DNA of 26,789 nucleotides from Chlamydiia bacterium (GTDB lineage Bacteria; Chlamydiota; Chlamydiia; Chlamydiales; JAAKFQ01), in contig JBDNIV010000014.1 in assembly GCA_041688145.1 (NCBI GenBank), positions 1 through 26,789 on the forward strand, given 5' to 3'. Positions 17,426-25,458 of the stretch are shown here, piece after piece. Every line of letters begins with the position of its first letter. Position 1 is the stretch's first letter. The position numbers were made by a program, and so were the translations under genes. The notes under the pieces are model-generated. The model was not told the origin of the DNA. It was given only the letters and a program-made list of their open reading frames with translations, and did not search any database.

Positions 17426-18370
17426 TTAAGCTTCAGGACTTGAAGCAGGATCAGAGCCTTCTCCCCCTAGCCAACTCGGAAGACATGATTTAGCCCAGTT
17501 CCAAGCTCTTGATGAATAGCTCTCATATTTCCCACGAAAGTCTTTTGCTGTTTTTTGAATATGAGGCCAATAAGCGTTGCCAGGCTCTATACCATGATTT
17601 TCATAAATGCCCCCAGAAATAGAGTCAACCAAGATTACGCTAAGATGATCACTATCGTAAGGATTGAAATAATCGATTCTATCGGCTCTGCACATTACAT
17701 TGGTTAAAGAAGCAAACTCTTGCAAAGGATGCTCATGTGCACCATAAGTAATCATGTGAATTTTCTTGCGGTATTCAGGGGGAAGCTTACTTGCTGCACG
17801 GCTCGTAATCAAGCCTCCTTGACTGTGCGCAATATGATAGATACATCCATCACCTTCAAGGCCCCCTACTTCTTCAATAAGCCCTTTCCAATGTTCAACA
17901 AGCGTATTGACCAGATCTTCATTTATTTGAATATGTTTTTCCCAGATTGCAGCTGTGCTATCGTAAATCTGATGGCCTTTTGTCGGATAATAAACATAAT
18001 GCACACGCGTACTAAACTCCTTAGAGACTGCTTCCCAAAGGTTTTTAGCATGTTCAATAGTGTATTGGATACCGTTAATAGTGCTTAGACGCACTTTAGG
18101 ATTTATTTCATAGTCTCCAATAATCCCTGTACTTCCTAATGTTCCCATGCCCGACTTATACGCTCCTTCTTTAGAAAAGCTAGCTATTTCATTCAAGGAA
18201 TACTCTAGGCAAGCAAGAAATAAAACGCTCACTTTATCTAAGCCTACATCTTTTACCCAAGACAAGTGTCTGCCAAAAAAACTAACCCCCTTTTGATACA
18301 GTGAATCCCTATCATCATAATGATAGTCATCATCATCAAAAATGGATGGCCGTAGCGCCTGGACTCCCAT
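17426..18370 (-). CDS. Alpha/beta-hydrolase, DUF687-like
   Basis: INGI, HYVYYPT.G, HIAHSQGG nucleophile elbow, ITYGA; later candidate Asp (RADRI) and His (ENHG). Confidence 0.75.
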   Translation of the reverse strand: MGVQALRPSIFDDDDYHYDDRDSLYQKGVSFFGRHLSWVKDVGLDKVSVLFLACLEYSLNEIASFSKEGAYKSGMGTLGSTGIIGDYEINPKVRLSTINGIQYTIEHAKNLWEAVSKEFSTRVHYVYYPTKGHQIYDSTAAIWEKHIQINEDLVNTLVEHWKGLIEEVGGLEGDGCIYHIAHSQGGLITSRAASKLPPEYRKKIHMITYGAHEHPLQEFASLTNVMCRADRIDYFNPYDSDHLSVILVDSISGGIYENHGIEPGNAYWPHIQKTAKDFRGKYESYSSRAWNWAKSCLPSWLGGEGSDPASSPEA

Positions 18371-18517
18371 GCCTTTATTTTCTCCTTACCACAAGGGACT
18401 TTTTCTAAACAATCACGCCTTTAAAAAATCACTTATAAGCTGTTTAAGCACCTGATTTCTTCCTAAAAACTGCCCCAAAGTTTAACATAAATTCGAAAAA
18501 AGTACACATGGGAAAAC

Positions 18518-19810
18518 ATGAAATTCAAACTATACATATCTGAGTTTTTTGACCTCAAAGCCAAAGGCACTTCAATTAAAACAGAGTGCTTAGCAGGCCT
18601 CTCTACATTTGCAACCATGGTATATGTTATAGCTGTAAACCCCTCTATATTAGCAGATAGCGGCATGGATTTCGGTGCTGTTTTGGTCGCAACTATCCTT
18701 TCCACAGTAATTGCTACCGCTCTAATGGGCCTATGGGCACATTTTCCTGTGGCTATTGCGCCAGCTATGGGGGTCAGTGCATTTTTTACCTACTCCATAG
18801 TTATTGGGCAGAATAAGCCATGGCAAGCAGCTTTAGGGATCGCTTTTTTAGTAGCGCTTACCCTCATCATTTTCCACCTTTTTCACTTAAGAAGAAAAAT
18901 TTTAGAAAAAATGCCCAAATCTTTAAGTCGAGGCATTACAGGGGGAATTGGTCTTTTCTTAGCCTGTGTAGGGCTAAAAGATGTGGGCCTTATTGATACA
19001 AGCAATCTCTTCATCTCTTTCGGGCATATCAACTACTTAGAATGTGGCCTATTAGCTCTAGGCGTAGCTGTTGCTCTTACTTTAATGCGCTTTAATATCA
19101 GAGGTGCTTTTATAGTCGCTATTTTATCTATCTGGATTTTAGCACTTGTAATTGGAAAAACAACGTGGCAAGGCATTGTCTCTTTACCTCCTTCTTTGAT
19201 GCCTACTTTGGGTGCTTTTGACCTAAGAACTATTTGGAACTTCGACTATCTAAAGATCTATTTTTCTCTTTTTCTAGTCGCTCTTTTCGACTCTTGCGCA
19301 GGCCTTATCATCTTAGCGCGACAAGCAGGTCTTACTGATGAAGGCGGCAAGATTATGCGCGCACAAAGAGCACTTTTACCCGATGCTTTAGGCAGCTTAT
19401 TTGCAAGCCTCTTCGGCTCTGCAACGCTTGCTATTCATCTAGAATCTTCCTCAGGAATCAAAGCAGGTGGACGCACAGGCTTAACTGCAGTTGTAGTGAG
19501 CCTTCTATTTCTACTCTGCCTATTTTTTTATCCCCTAATCTCTTCAATCCCCCACTTTGCTTCAGATTCTGTTTTGATGATTTTAGGAGGGATTATGCTA
19601 AGAGAGGTTTTTGATATCCCCTGGAAAGATTTGAGCGAATCAATTCCTGCTATTTTAGCAACAGCAACTATGCCGCTAACAATGAGCATTTATAATGGAT
19701 TTTTAGTGGCCTTTTTAGCCTACCCCATCGCAAAGGTCGTCTTTGGCAAAGCCAAAGACGTCCCTGTGATGTTATGGATATTTTTTCTTAGCTTTTGCTG
19801 TGCAGCTTAG
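18518..19810 (+). CDS. NCS2/AzgA-family nucleobase (purine) permease
   Basis: TSIKTECLAGLSTFATMVYVIAVNPSIL, APAMG and ESSSGIKAGGRTGLTAVV. Confidence 0.92.
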   Translation: MKFKLYISEFFDLKAKGTSIKTECLAGLSTFATMVYVIAVNPSILADSGMDFGAVLVATILSTVIATALMGLWAHFPVAIAPAMGVSAFFTYSIVIGQNKPWQAALGIAFLVALTLIIFHLFHLRRKILEKMPKSLSRGITGGIGLFLACVGLKDVGLIDTSNLFISFGHINYLECGLLALGVAVALTLMRFNIRGAFIVAILSIWILALVIGKTTWQGIVSLPPSLMPTLGAFDLRTIWNFDYLKIYFSLFLVALFDSCAGLIILARQAGLTDEGGKIMRAQRALLPDALGSLFASLFGSATLAIHLESSSGIKAGGRTGLTAVVVSLLFLLCLFFYPLISSIPHFASDSVLMILGGIMLREVFDIPWKDLSESIPAILATATMPLTMSIYNGFLVAFLAYPIAKVVFGKAKDVPVMLWIFFLSFCCAA

Positions 19811-20351
19811 CCTCAGCATCTTTCTTTAGATACATTTTCTTGATCATTTGAATACTGTTAGGTGCGCCGCTCTGAGAACCCTCAGCTTCTAGCTTCTCTA
19901 CGACATCATAACCTGAGATCACTTCTCCAAAGATTGTGTGGTTGCCATTAAGCCACCCTGTAGGCGCTACAGTTATAAAAAACTGGCTACCATTTGTATT
20001 CGGGCCAGAATTTGCCATTGCCAAAAGGCCTTTTTTATCAAACTTCACTTTATCTGTGCACTCATCAGCAAAAGACTTACCCCAAATAGAGACGCCTCCA
20101 CACCCAGTACCATCTGGGTCTCCTCCTTGGATCATAAATCCTGGAATAATCCTATGGAAAATGCAGCCATCATAGTAGCCTTTTTCAGCGAGTTTAATCA
20201 TGTTTTCACACGCTTTTGGTGCTACATCAGGCTTAAACTGAATTTCAATATTTCCTTTACTTGTCTCAACGATAATTACTGGCTGCGTCATATCCCCCCA
20301 AGCGCAAAAACCTAGCAAACAAAAAAGAAATGTCCATAAACGTTTTTTCAT
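19788..20351 (-). CDS. Cyclophilin-type peptidyl-prolyl isomerase with signal peptide
   Basis: FHRIIPGFMIQGGDP, LAMANSGPNTNGSQFFIT and HTIFGEV. Start refined to ATG 20351 (MKKRLWTFLFCLL), a typical Sec signal. Confidence 0.95.
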   Translation of the reverse strand: MKKRLWTFLFCLLGFCAWGDMTQPVIIVETSKGNIEIQFKPDVAPKACENMIKLAEKGYYDGCIFHRIIPGFMIQGGDPDGTGCGGVSIWGKSFADECTDKVKFDKKGLLAMANSGPNTNGSQFFITVAPTGWLNGNHTIFGEVISGYDVVEKLEAEGSQSGAPNSIQMIKKMYLKKDAEAKLHSKS

Positions 20352-20492
20352 AACCTTTAAATCCTTCTTTTTCTTGCTCAAGGTTTGTTAATAGATGTGT
20401 TTTAACGAACGACATAACTGCGTACGTTCGAAGGGCTCATCTTATCCCCTTAAATAATTAACCTCAAGGTGAAGAAATGATAACCAAAAGCT

Positions 20493-21107
20493 TTACAAAG
20501 CAAGTACTTCTTGAATTGCACGCACTAAAAAACGTGCCCCATACCCTACAAGAACTGCGCCCGCAATAATGCTTACCCACTTTAGGCGGGTATCATTCAT
20601 AAAGCGCTTCCCAAAAGAGCTTAAAGCTGCCAAAAAAGCGCCCCATATAAGCACTCCAAGTATCAGAGTAGAGCTCGCAAGTAAGCTCGTCTCACCCTCA
20701 CTTAAAATAGCCGCAAAAATGCCCACCCACCACAAGATCCCAACAGGGCTTGTTAAAGCTAAACCTAGACCTAGAAAAAAGCCATTCTTCCCTCCATCTG
20801 CTCTAGACATCTTTAAAAGGTGGCCTTTACATCCCTTATAGATACTGCGGGCACCTATGTAGATTAATAGAGCAGCTCCGAGTGTCCACAAAATAAGACG
20901 CACTGCTGCGTGTTGCATCACCGCATTCAAGCCATAATAAACTCCTAGAAGACAAATAAAGTTGCCTAAAGCACCACCTAAACGAACAGAAAAAGAAGAC
21001 CAAAAGCCGATAGAAAGGCCTCTTCGGATCATCTCAAGACTCACAGGACCTATTGGAGCCGCAAGTGAAATCCCGAGCAAAATATTATTTAATAGAGTAT
21101 TTATCAC
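20493..21107 (-). CDS. LysE-family amino acid exporter
   Basis: LGISLAAPIGPV, GAALLIYIG and GLALTSP; about 6 TM segments. Confidence 0.9.
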   Translation of the reverse strand: MINTLLNNILLGISLAAPIGPVSLEMIRRGLSIGFWSSFSVRLGGALGNFICLLGVYYGLNAVMQHAAVRLILWTLGAALLIYIGARSIYKGCKGHLLKMSRADGGKNGFFLGLGLALTSPVGILWWVGIFAAILSEGETSLLASSTLILGVLIWGAFLAALSSFGKRFMNDTRLKWVSIIAGAVLVGYGARFLVRAIQEVLAL

Positions 21108-21267
21108 AAACTTCAGCCTATAGAGGCAATGTATTTATTTCAAAAAAAAGAGAAGCAAAAAGAACTCGCTGGAAAAATGCATCATAAGGCTCTAGCCTAG
21201 ATTTCTTGTCTTCTAGTAGACTGACACAATAATAGCCTCATTCTTAGCTAGAAGGAATAACAAAATT

Positions 21268-22203
21268 ATGACAAAGGCAATAGCATCTGTAAAAACTAGA
21301 AAGGCAAAATCACCTTCCAAAAAAGGCGTCATCCTTAAAAAGCATGAACTAGATATCCCTCACTTAGTTTCTGCTAGAAACTACCCTTTCCAAATAGAGC
21401 TTTCGTATATCTTAAACGTCTACTTTGATCAAAAAAGCGATAAGACGCTCTCATCTCTTCTTGAAAAATACGCGACCTATTCACCTGAGCTTTTAGACCG
21501 CATTGAATTTATCATTATTGATGATGGCTCCCCAAAACCTATCACCTTACCAAATGTAAACCTCAATATCACACATGCTCGTATCGATGTGAATAAGCCT
21601 TGGAACTCTGCTGGCGCTAAAAACCTAGGCTGCGTCTTAGCCTCTTCAGACAAAGTGCTCATAACTGATCTTGACTATGAGTTTCCTGAAAAAACACTTC
21701 AAAAAATGATCCTTATGCGCCCCTTAAAAAACCGCATCTATAAGTGCTACATTGAAAATTCCGATGGCTCTTACAATCGCCCACACCCGAATACATTTTT
21801 ACTCAGCCGGGCTCTATTTTTAAAACACCACGGCTATGATGAGGAGTTTGCTGGCTTCTATGGTTTTGAAGATACGCTTTTTTACCGAGGACACCGGACC
21901 CATGGCAACCCCATATTTAAGCTAAGTAAAGCTTACAGTAAAAAAGAGCGCACAGTTGATCGCAAAAAAGCATATCATTCTCTTGTTCGAGACCTAGAGC
22001 GTAACCGCCCTATAGAAAAACGCAAACGTGAAGAATGGTTAAAATATGGACCTTATGGAGGTCATAGCCGCAAGATGCTTAGATTTCCCTGGACACTTGT
22101 AGAAGATCGTGAGAGAAAACCTCACAAACTACCTAAGATAAGAAAGCACTGGCTCGGCCGGTGGCCTGTCAGATATCTAAAAGGGCTTTTATTTTCCCGT
22201 TAG
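21268..22203 (+). CDS. GT-A fold glycosyltransferase (GT2 N-terminus, GT7-like C-terminal motif)
   Basis: IIIDDGS, WNSAGAKNLG, ITDLD (DxD) and GYDEEFAGFYGFED. Confidence 0.88.
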   Translation: MTKAIASVKTRKAKSPSKKGVILKKHELDIPHLVSARNYPFQIELSYILNVYFDQKSDKTLSSLLEKYATYSPELLDRIEFIIIDDGSPKPITLPNVNLNITHARIDVNKPWNSAGAKNLGCVLASSDKVLITDLDYEFPEKTLQKMILMRPLKNRIYKCYIENSDGSYNRPHPNTFLLSRALFLKHHGYDEEFAGFYGFEDTLFYRGHRTHGNPIFKLSKAYSKKERTVDRKKAYHSLVRDLERNRPIEKRKREEWLKYGPYGGHSRKMLRFPWTLVEDRERKPHKLPKIRKHWLGRWPVRYLKGLLFSR

Positions 22204-22327
22204 CAGATATTTTTAAGCGTCTAATAGACCCCTTTTAAAATTGTTAAAAAAGCTATCCATTGACAAAATGGCCTGAATTATAGAGTCTATATAGGGTGGA
22301 TTCGCTTAAATATATATAAGGATACTT

Positions 22328-23047
22328 ATGACTACAGTTTGCTCATCTTCTGCGCTAATGACCCCCTATCACAATAAAGAAATGCGAGCGCATCTTTATT
22401 CTGCTGTTAAGGCAAGGCTTACTAAGAGGCTAATAAAGAGTCAGCATGAAAGGATTACTCGAGTTGTTATCAGCTCTACCCTCCAGCGAGAAGCTTTGGA
22501 AGAAGAAGCAACTCAGTTTAAAAAAGACCTTACCTCAGGGTCTTGTGTGTCTGATAAAGCTGACAAGCGCGCCTTGAAAGGAAGAATTAGCCGAGTATCT
22601 AGCAGAGAGTTTCTTGATACCAAACCAGGAAGAAGGTGTAGTAAAGAAATTTCTCAAATACTTGTTCCTGAAGAGGCAACAGGACATGAACAAGCTAATT
22701 CATTACCTGCAGCTAAAAGAAGCAGTTTAGGTACTGTCATACAAGAAGCTAAAACTATGTTAGAGATCCAAAGGACTTCTACAGGTCGACTAGAAGGCGC
22801 AGCTCCTGACGACATAGCGCCTCCCATTGAAAAAGAAGAGTTCCGTCAGCTTTTTGATGAGGTGCCCAAATTCGCTAAGGCAGTAGATTCAGCCTACCGA
22901 CATATCATTAAAATCAGCACCTACTGCTTACGGCTTAATATCCTATCTGGCGAAGATGAAGAAAAGTGCTTACCCACCTATAGCTGGGGCGTGCACGAGG
23001 AAGACCGTTGCACATACAGCATGGCTCCCACAGAAGAAACAGCATAG
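22328..23047 (+). CDS. Hypothetical (orphan) protein
   Basis: 239-aa ORF filling the gap, SD TAAGG just upstream, TTGACA at 22260. No recognisable motif. Confidence 0.75.
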   Translation: MTTVCSSSALMTPYHNKEMRAHLYSAVKARLTKRLIKSQHERITRVVISSTLQREALEEEATQFKKDLTSGSCVSDKADKRALKGRISRVSSREFLDTKPGRRCSKEISQILVPEEATGHEQANSLPAAKRSSLGTVIQEAKTMLEIQRTSTGRLEGAAPDDIAPPIEKEEFRQLFDEVPKFAKAVDSAYRHIIKISTYCLRLNILSGEDEEKCLPTYSWGVHEEDRCTYSMAPTEETA

Positions 23048-23055
23048 AGGGAAAA

Positions 23056-23142
23056 CGGAAGAGGTAGGATTCGAACCCACGGTCCCCGTGAAGGGACTTC
23101 TGTTTTCAAGACAGACGCAATCGGCCACTCTGCCACTCTTCC
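23056..23142 (-). tRNA. tRNA-Ser (anticodon TGA), long variable arm, no encoded CCA
   Basis: Minus strand GGAAGAG...TCTGT-CTTGAAA-ACAGA...GTCCC TTCAC GGGGAC...GTGGG-TTCGAAT-CCTAC-CTCTTCC-G. Confidence 0.98.
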
Positions 23143-23153
23143 AAGAAGTCTCA

Positions 23154-23182
23154 AGTCTAGCTAATCCTGAGCTATTTTTCAA
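23154..23182 (-). promoter_or_regulatory. Sigma70/sigma66-type promoter of tRNA-Ser
   Basis: Minus strand TTGAAA-17 bp-TAGACT, 11 bp upstream of the tRNA 5' end. Confidence 0.7.
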
Positions 23183-23359
23183 TGCCTTAAAGGTCTAAAC
23201 CTATAAAATAGCTCTTTTACCATTCTCTTCTTTTCTTGAAAGCTCCTTTTTTGCTACGATTACTTCTGGTAAATTTTAGGTTTTATTATGACTTTTGCAA
23301 TCTCATCTCTTTTTTCTTTCCCTTTATCACTTATAAAAGATTGGGCAAAATCCGGATTT

Positions 23360-25156
23360 ATGTTTCAAAAGCTTGCCTTATACGCTTTGCTAACTCTTTT
23401 TTCGACTACAAGCTTTGCCATATGGCCTTTTTCTACCCCCTGTGAAGATTTAAGTGATTGTAAGCCTTCAAGAGCAAAGCCAAACACCTTCTATGCCCTT
23501 TCACCTGAAGATTTTTTAAAAACAATGACTCTTGAGCAAAAGGTCTCCCAGCTTTTTATCGTCCCTTTCCCTGGAGAGCTTCTTGAAGAGAGTAATCAAG
23601 CGTACATAGAAGAGATGCCTATCGGCAATATCATCTTCTACAAGTGGGCAAATGGCTTAGATACAAAAGAGCAAATAAAGCGCCTAAGCTCTTCTTTGCA
23701 GGAAAAAATCTATGATAAAGTCGGCGTTCCTGCTTTCATAGCAGCAGATCAAGAAGGAGGCCGCGTTTTCACCTTGAAGCCTCTGACTCACTTTCCGAGT
23801 CTTATGGCACTTGGAGCTGCCAACGACCTTGGCATGACTCGGGCTTTTGGCTACGCTATGGGAAAAGAGATGTTAGAGCTCGGCGTGAACCTCTGTTTAG
23901 GCCCTTGTGTAGATGTGTGTACAGAGAGCTATAATCCAATTATTGGCACACGCTCTTTTAGTGATAACGCTTCTATAGTCACTTCTCAAGCAAAAGATCT
24001 GCTTAAAGGCTTAAATGAGAGTGGCGTTTTGACTGTCTTAAAACATGCACCCGGCCATGGCGCTGCGAGTGTAGACTCTCATAAAGCGCTTCCTACTATA
24101 TACAAAAGCTTGTCTGAATTAGAAGACTCTGATTTCCCTCCTTTTAAAGAGCTTAAAGATCACGCAGATGGGATGATGAGTGCACACCTTCTTATCCCCG
24201 CTTTAGATCCGAATAAGTGCGCAAGTCTTTCAAAGCCTATCTTAGAAGGCCTTATAAGAAAGTCTTGGGCGTTTGATGGAGTGATATTTTCTGACTCTAT
24301 TACAATGAGAGGCATCCTTAAAGAACCCAATCCTCAAGGAGTAGCTGATGCTGCTGTTGAAGCCTTTTTAGCAGGTAATGACTGCCTTATTATCGGAAGC
24401 CCAAATTCACTTGTCCCACCTCTAAAGCTCCAAGAAGCTATCCCGATGATTCAGCTTACACTAGATCAATTTAGGCAAGCCGTAGTTGAAAATACAATCC
24501 CTATAGAGCGTTTGGATGCTTCTGTTTTAAGAATCCTTAAAATGAAAAAAAGAATTCAAAAAACATACTGCTCTTTTATTCCAGATGGAAACTATAAGAA
24601 GCATGAAAATTTAGCTTGGGAAGTTGCAAAACAAGCGCTTACTCTCGTGTCAGATAAAAAGCTTTTAGATTCCATAGATACACGCCTTTTGGATAAACGG
24701 GTCGGGATCATAACACCTAAGCCTCTCCATGATAGAGTTATTAAATCGATGGAATACGCAAAAGTCTTAGATTATGTCCCTGAGGTGCAGACGTGCTACT
24801 ACTCTAATGAAATGGTGCGCTCTACGGGAGGTGTAGAAAAATTCGCACACGTACTTGCTGAAAAACAAAACGATCTCGATATCTTTATATTCTTATCCAG
24901 CTCATATGATCAGTACCCCTGGCAAAAAGAGCTCATTCCCCTTTTAGCAAATCTTATCAGCCCTGATAAGCTAATATTTATTGGCATAGATCATCCCCAG
25001 GCTCTAATAGATACAGGTGTGCAAAGCACTCATCTAGTCTACCTGACTTACAGCTCAACACCTTGCAGCTTACTTACTGTTTGTGAAGCTCTAAACAGTA
25101 GGTCTGTACCTAAAGGAAAGCTTCCTATTCAGATAAAGCTTCCAGAAAAAAAATAA
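23360..25156 (+). CDS. nagZ: GH3 beta-N-acetylhexosaminidase, secreted two-domain NagZ
   Basis: MTLEQKVSQLF, AADQEGG, IGTRSFS, KHAPGHG....DSH (NagZ Asp-His dyad), FSDSITM nucleophile. Start refined to ATG 23360, giving the signal MFQKLALYALLTLFSTTSFA. Confidence 0.9.
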   Translation: MFQKLALYALLTLFSTTSFAIWPFSTPCEDLSDCKPSRAKPNTFYALSPEDFLKTMTLEQKVSQLFIVPFPGELLEESNQAYIEEMPIGNIIFYKWANGLDTKEQIKRLSSSLQEKIYDKVGVPAFIAADQEGGRVFTLKPLTHFPSLMALGAANDLGMTRAFGYAMGKEMLELGVNLCLGPCVDVCTESYNPIIGTRSFSDNASIVTSQAKDLLKGLNESGVLTVLKHAPGHGAASVDSHKALPTIYKSLSELEDSDFPPFKELKDHADGMMSAHLLIPALDPNKCASLSKPILEGLIRKSWAFDGVIFSDSITMRGILKEPNPQGVADAAVEAFLAGNDCLIIGSPNSLVPPLKLQEAIPMIQLTLDQFRQAVVENTIPIERLDASVLRILKMKKRIQKTYCSFIPDGNYKKHENLAWEVAKQALTLVSDKKLLDSIDTRLLDKRVGIITPKPLHDRVIKSMEYAKVLDYVPEVQTCYYSNEMVRSTGGVEKFAHVLAEKQNDLDIFIFLSSSYDQYPWQKELIPLLANLISPDKLIFIGIDHPQALIDTGVQSTHLVYLTYSSTPCSLLTVCEALNSRSVPKGKLPIQIKLPEKK

Positions 25157-25233
25157 ATCCCTCAAAATATAACTTAACTCACAAAAGCCTTGGGATAGTT
25201 AAAGCCTCAAGGATTAGCAAAGGGTATTTTATT

Positions 25234-25395
25234 ATGAAAGGATTCGGAGCCTTTACACTGTTAATGATTCTAGGCGTTCTATGCGTAGGATGTCACCAAA
25301 ATCAAGATGATGACGGTTTGCAAGCACACCAGCTTCGCGCTCTTGATATTCTTGAAAGCTTAGACAAGCCTGTATCTGATACGAGCGATCAATAA
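25234..25395 (+). CDS. Small lipoprotein, 53 aa (below ORF-track cutoff)
   Basis: MKGFGAFTLLMILGVLCVG-CHQNQDDDGLQAHQLRALDILESLDKPVSDTSDQ*: basic N-terminus, hydrophobic core, VGC lipobox; AAGGG upstream. Confidence 0.75.
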   Translation: MKGFGAFTLLMILGVLCVGCHQNQDDDGLQAHQLRALDILESLDKPVSDTSDQ

Positions 25396-25412
25396 GCTAG
25401 TTTAAGCTTATT
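25391..25412. terminator. Weak hairpin between the convergent lipoprotein gene and pheS
   Basis: AATAAGCT-AGTTTA-AGCTTATT, an AT-rich 8-bp inverted repeat. Confidence 0.35.
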
Positions 25413-25458
25413 TACTGTTCTTCTATCTGTTTTTGAAATTTCCAGGCTACTTCTTGCG

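Noticed and set aside
18371..18517. Purine riboswitch expected upstream of the NCS2 permease
   Set aside because: No consensus core or P1-P3 stems are visible; it looks like a plain divergent promoter region.
19936..20315. Antisense ORFs over the cyclophilin, and similar short ORFs nested in other genes (e.g. 974-1174, 4095-4373, 6092-6346, 10171-10470, 11465-11689, 17720-18088, 23236-23445)
   Set aside because: Shadow or alternate-frame ORFs overlapping well-supported genes, with no recognisable motifs.
20381..20440. Frameshift fusion of the 12-aa upstream ORF to the cyclophilin
   Set aside because: The cyclophilin frame has a TAA three codons upstream of the TTG at 20381, so no continuous shifted frame exists.
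21268..22203. Glycosyltransferase as the HMW1C-like enzyme modifying TpsA
   Set aside because: HMW1C is GT41 (GT-B fold). This enzyme is GT-A, on the opposite strand and several genes away.
20493..23142. Genomic island integrated at the tRNA-Ser 3' end
   Set aside because: No integrase, and I found no duplicated tRNA 3' sequence (att site) in the window.
22956..23198. ORFs 22956-23198 (+) and 22970-23182 (-)
   Set aside because: Both are chance translations through the tRNA-Ser gene.
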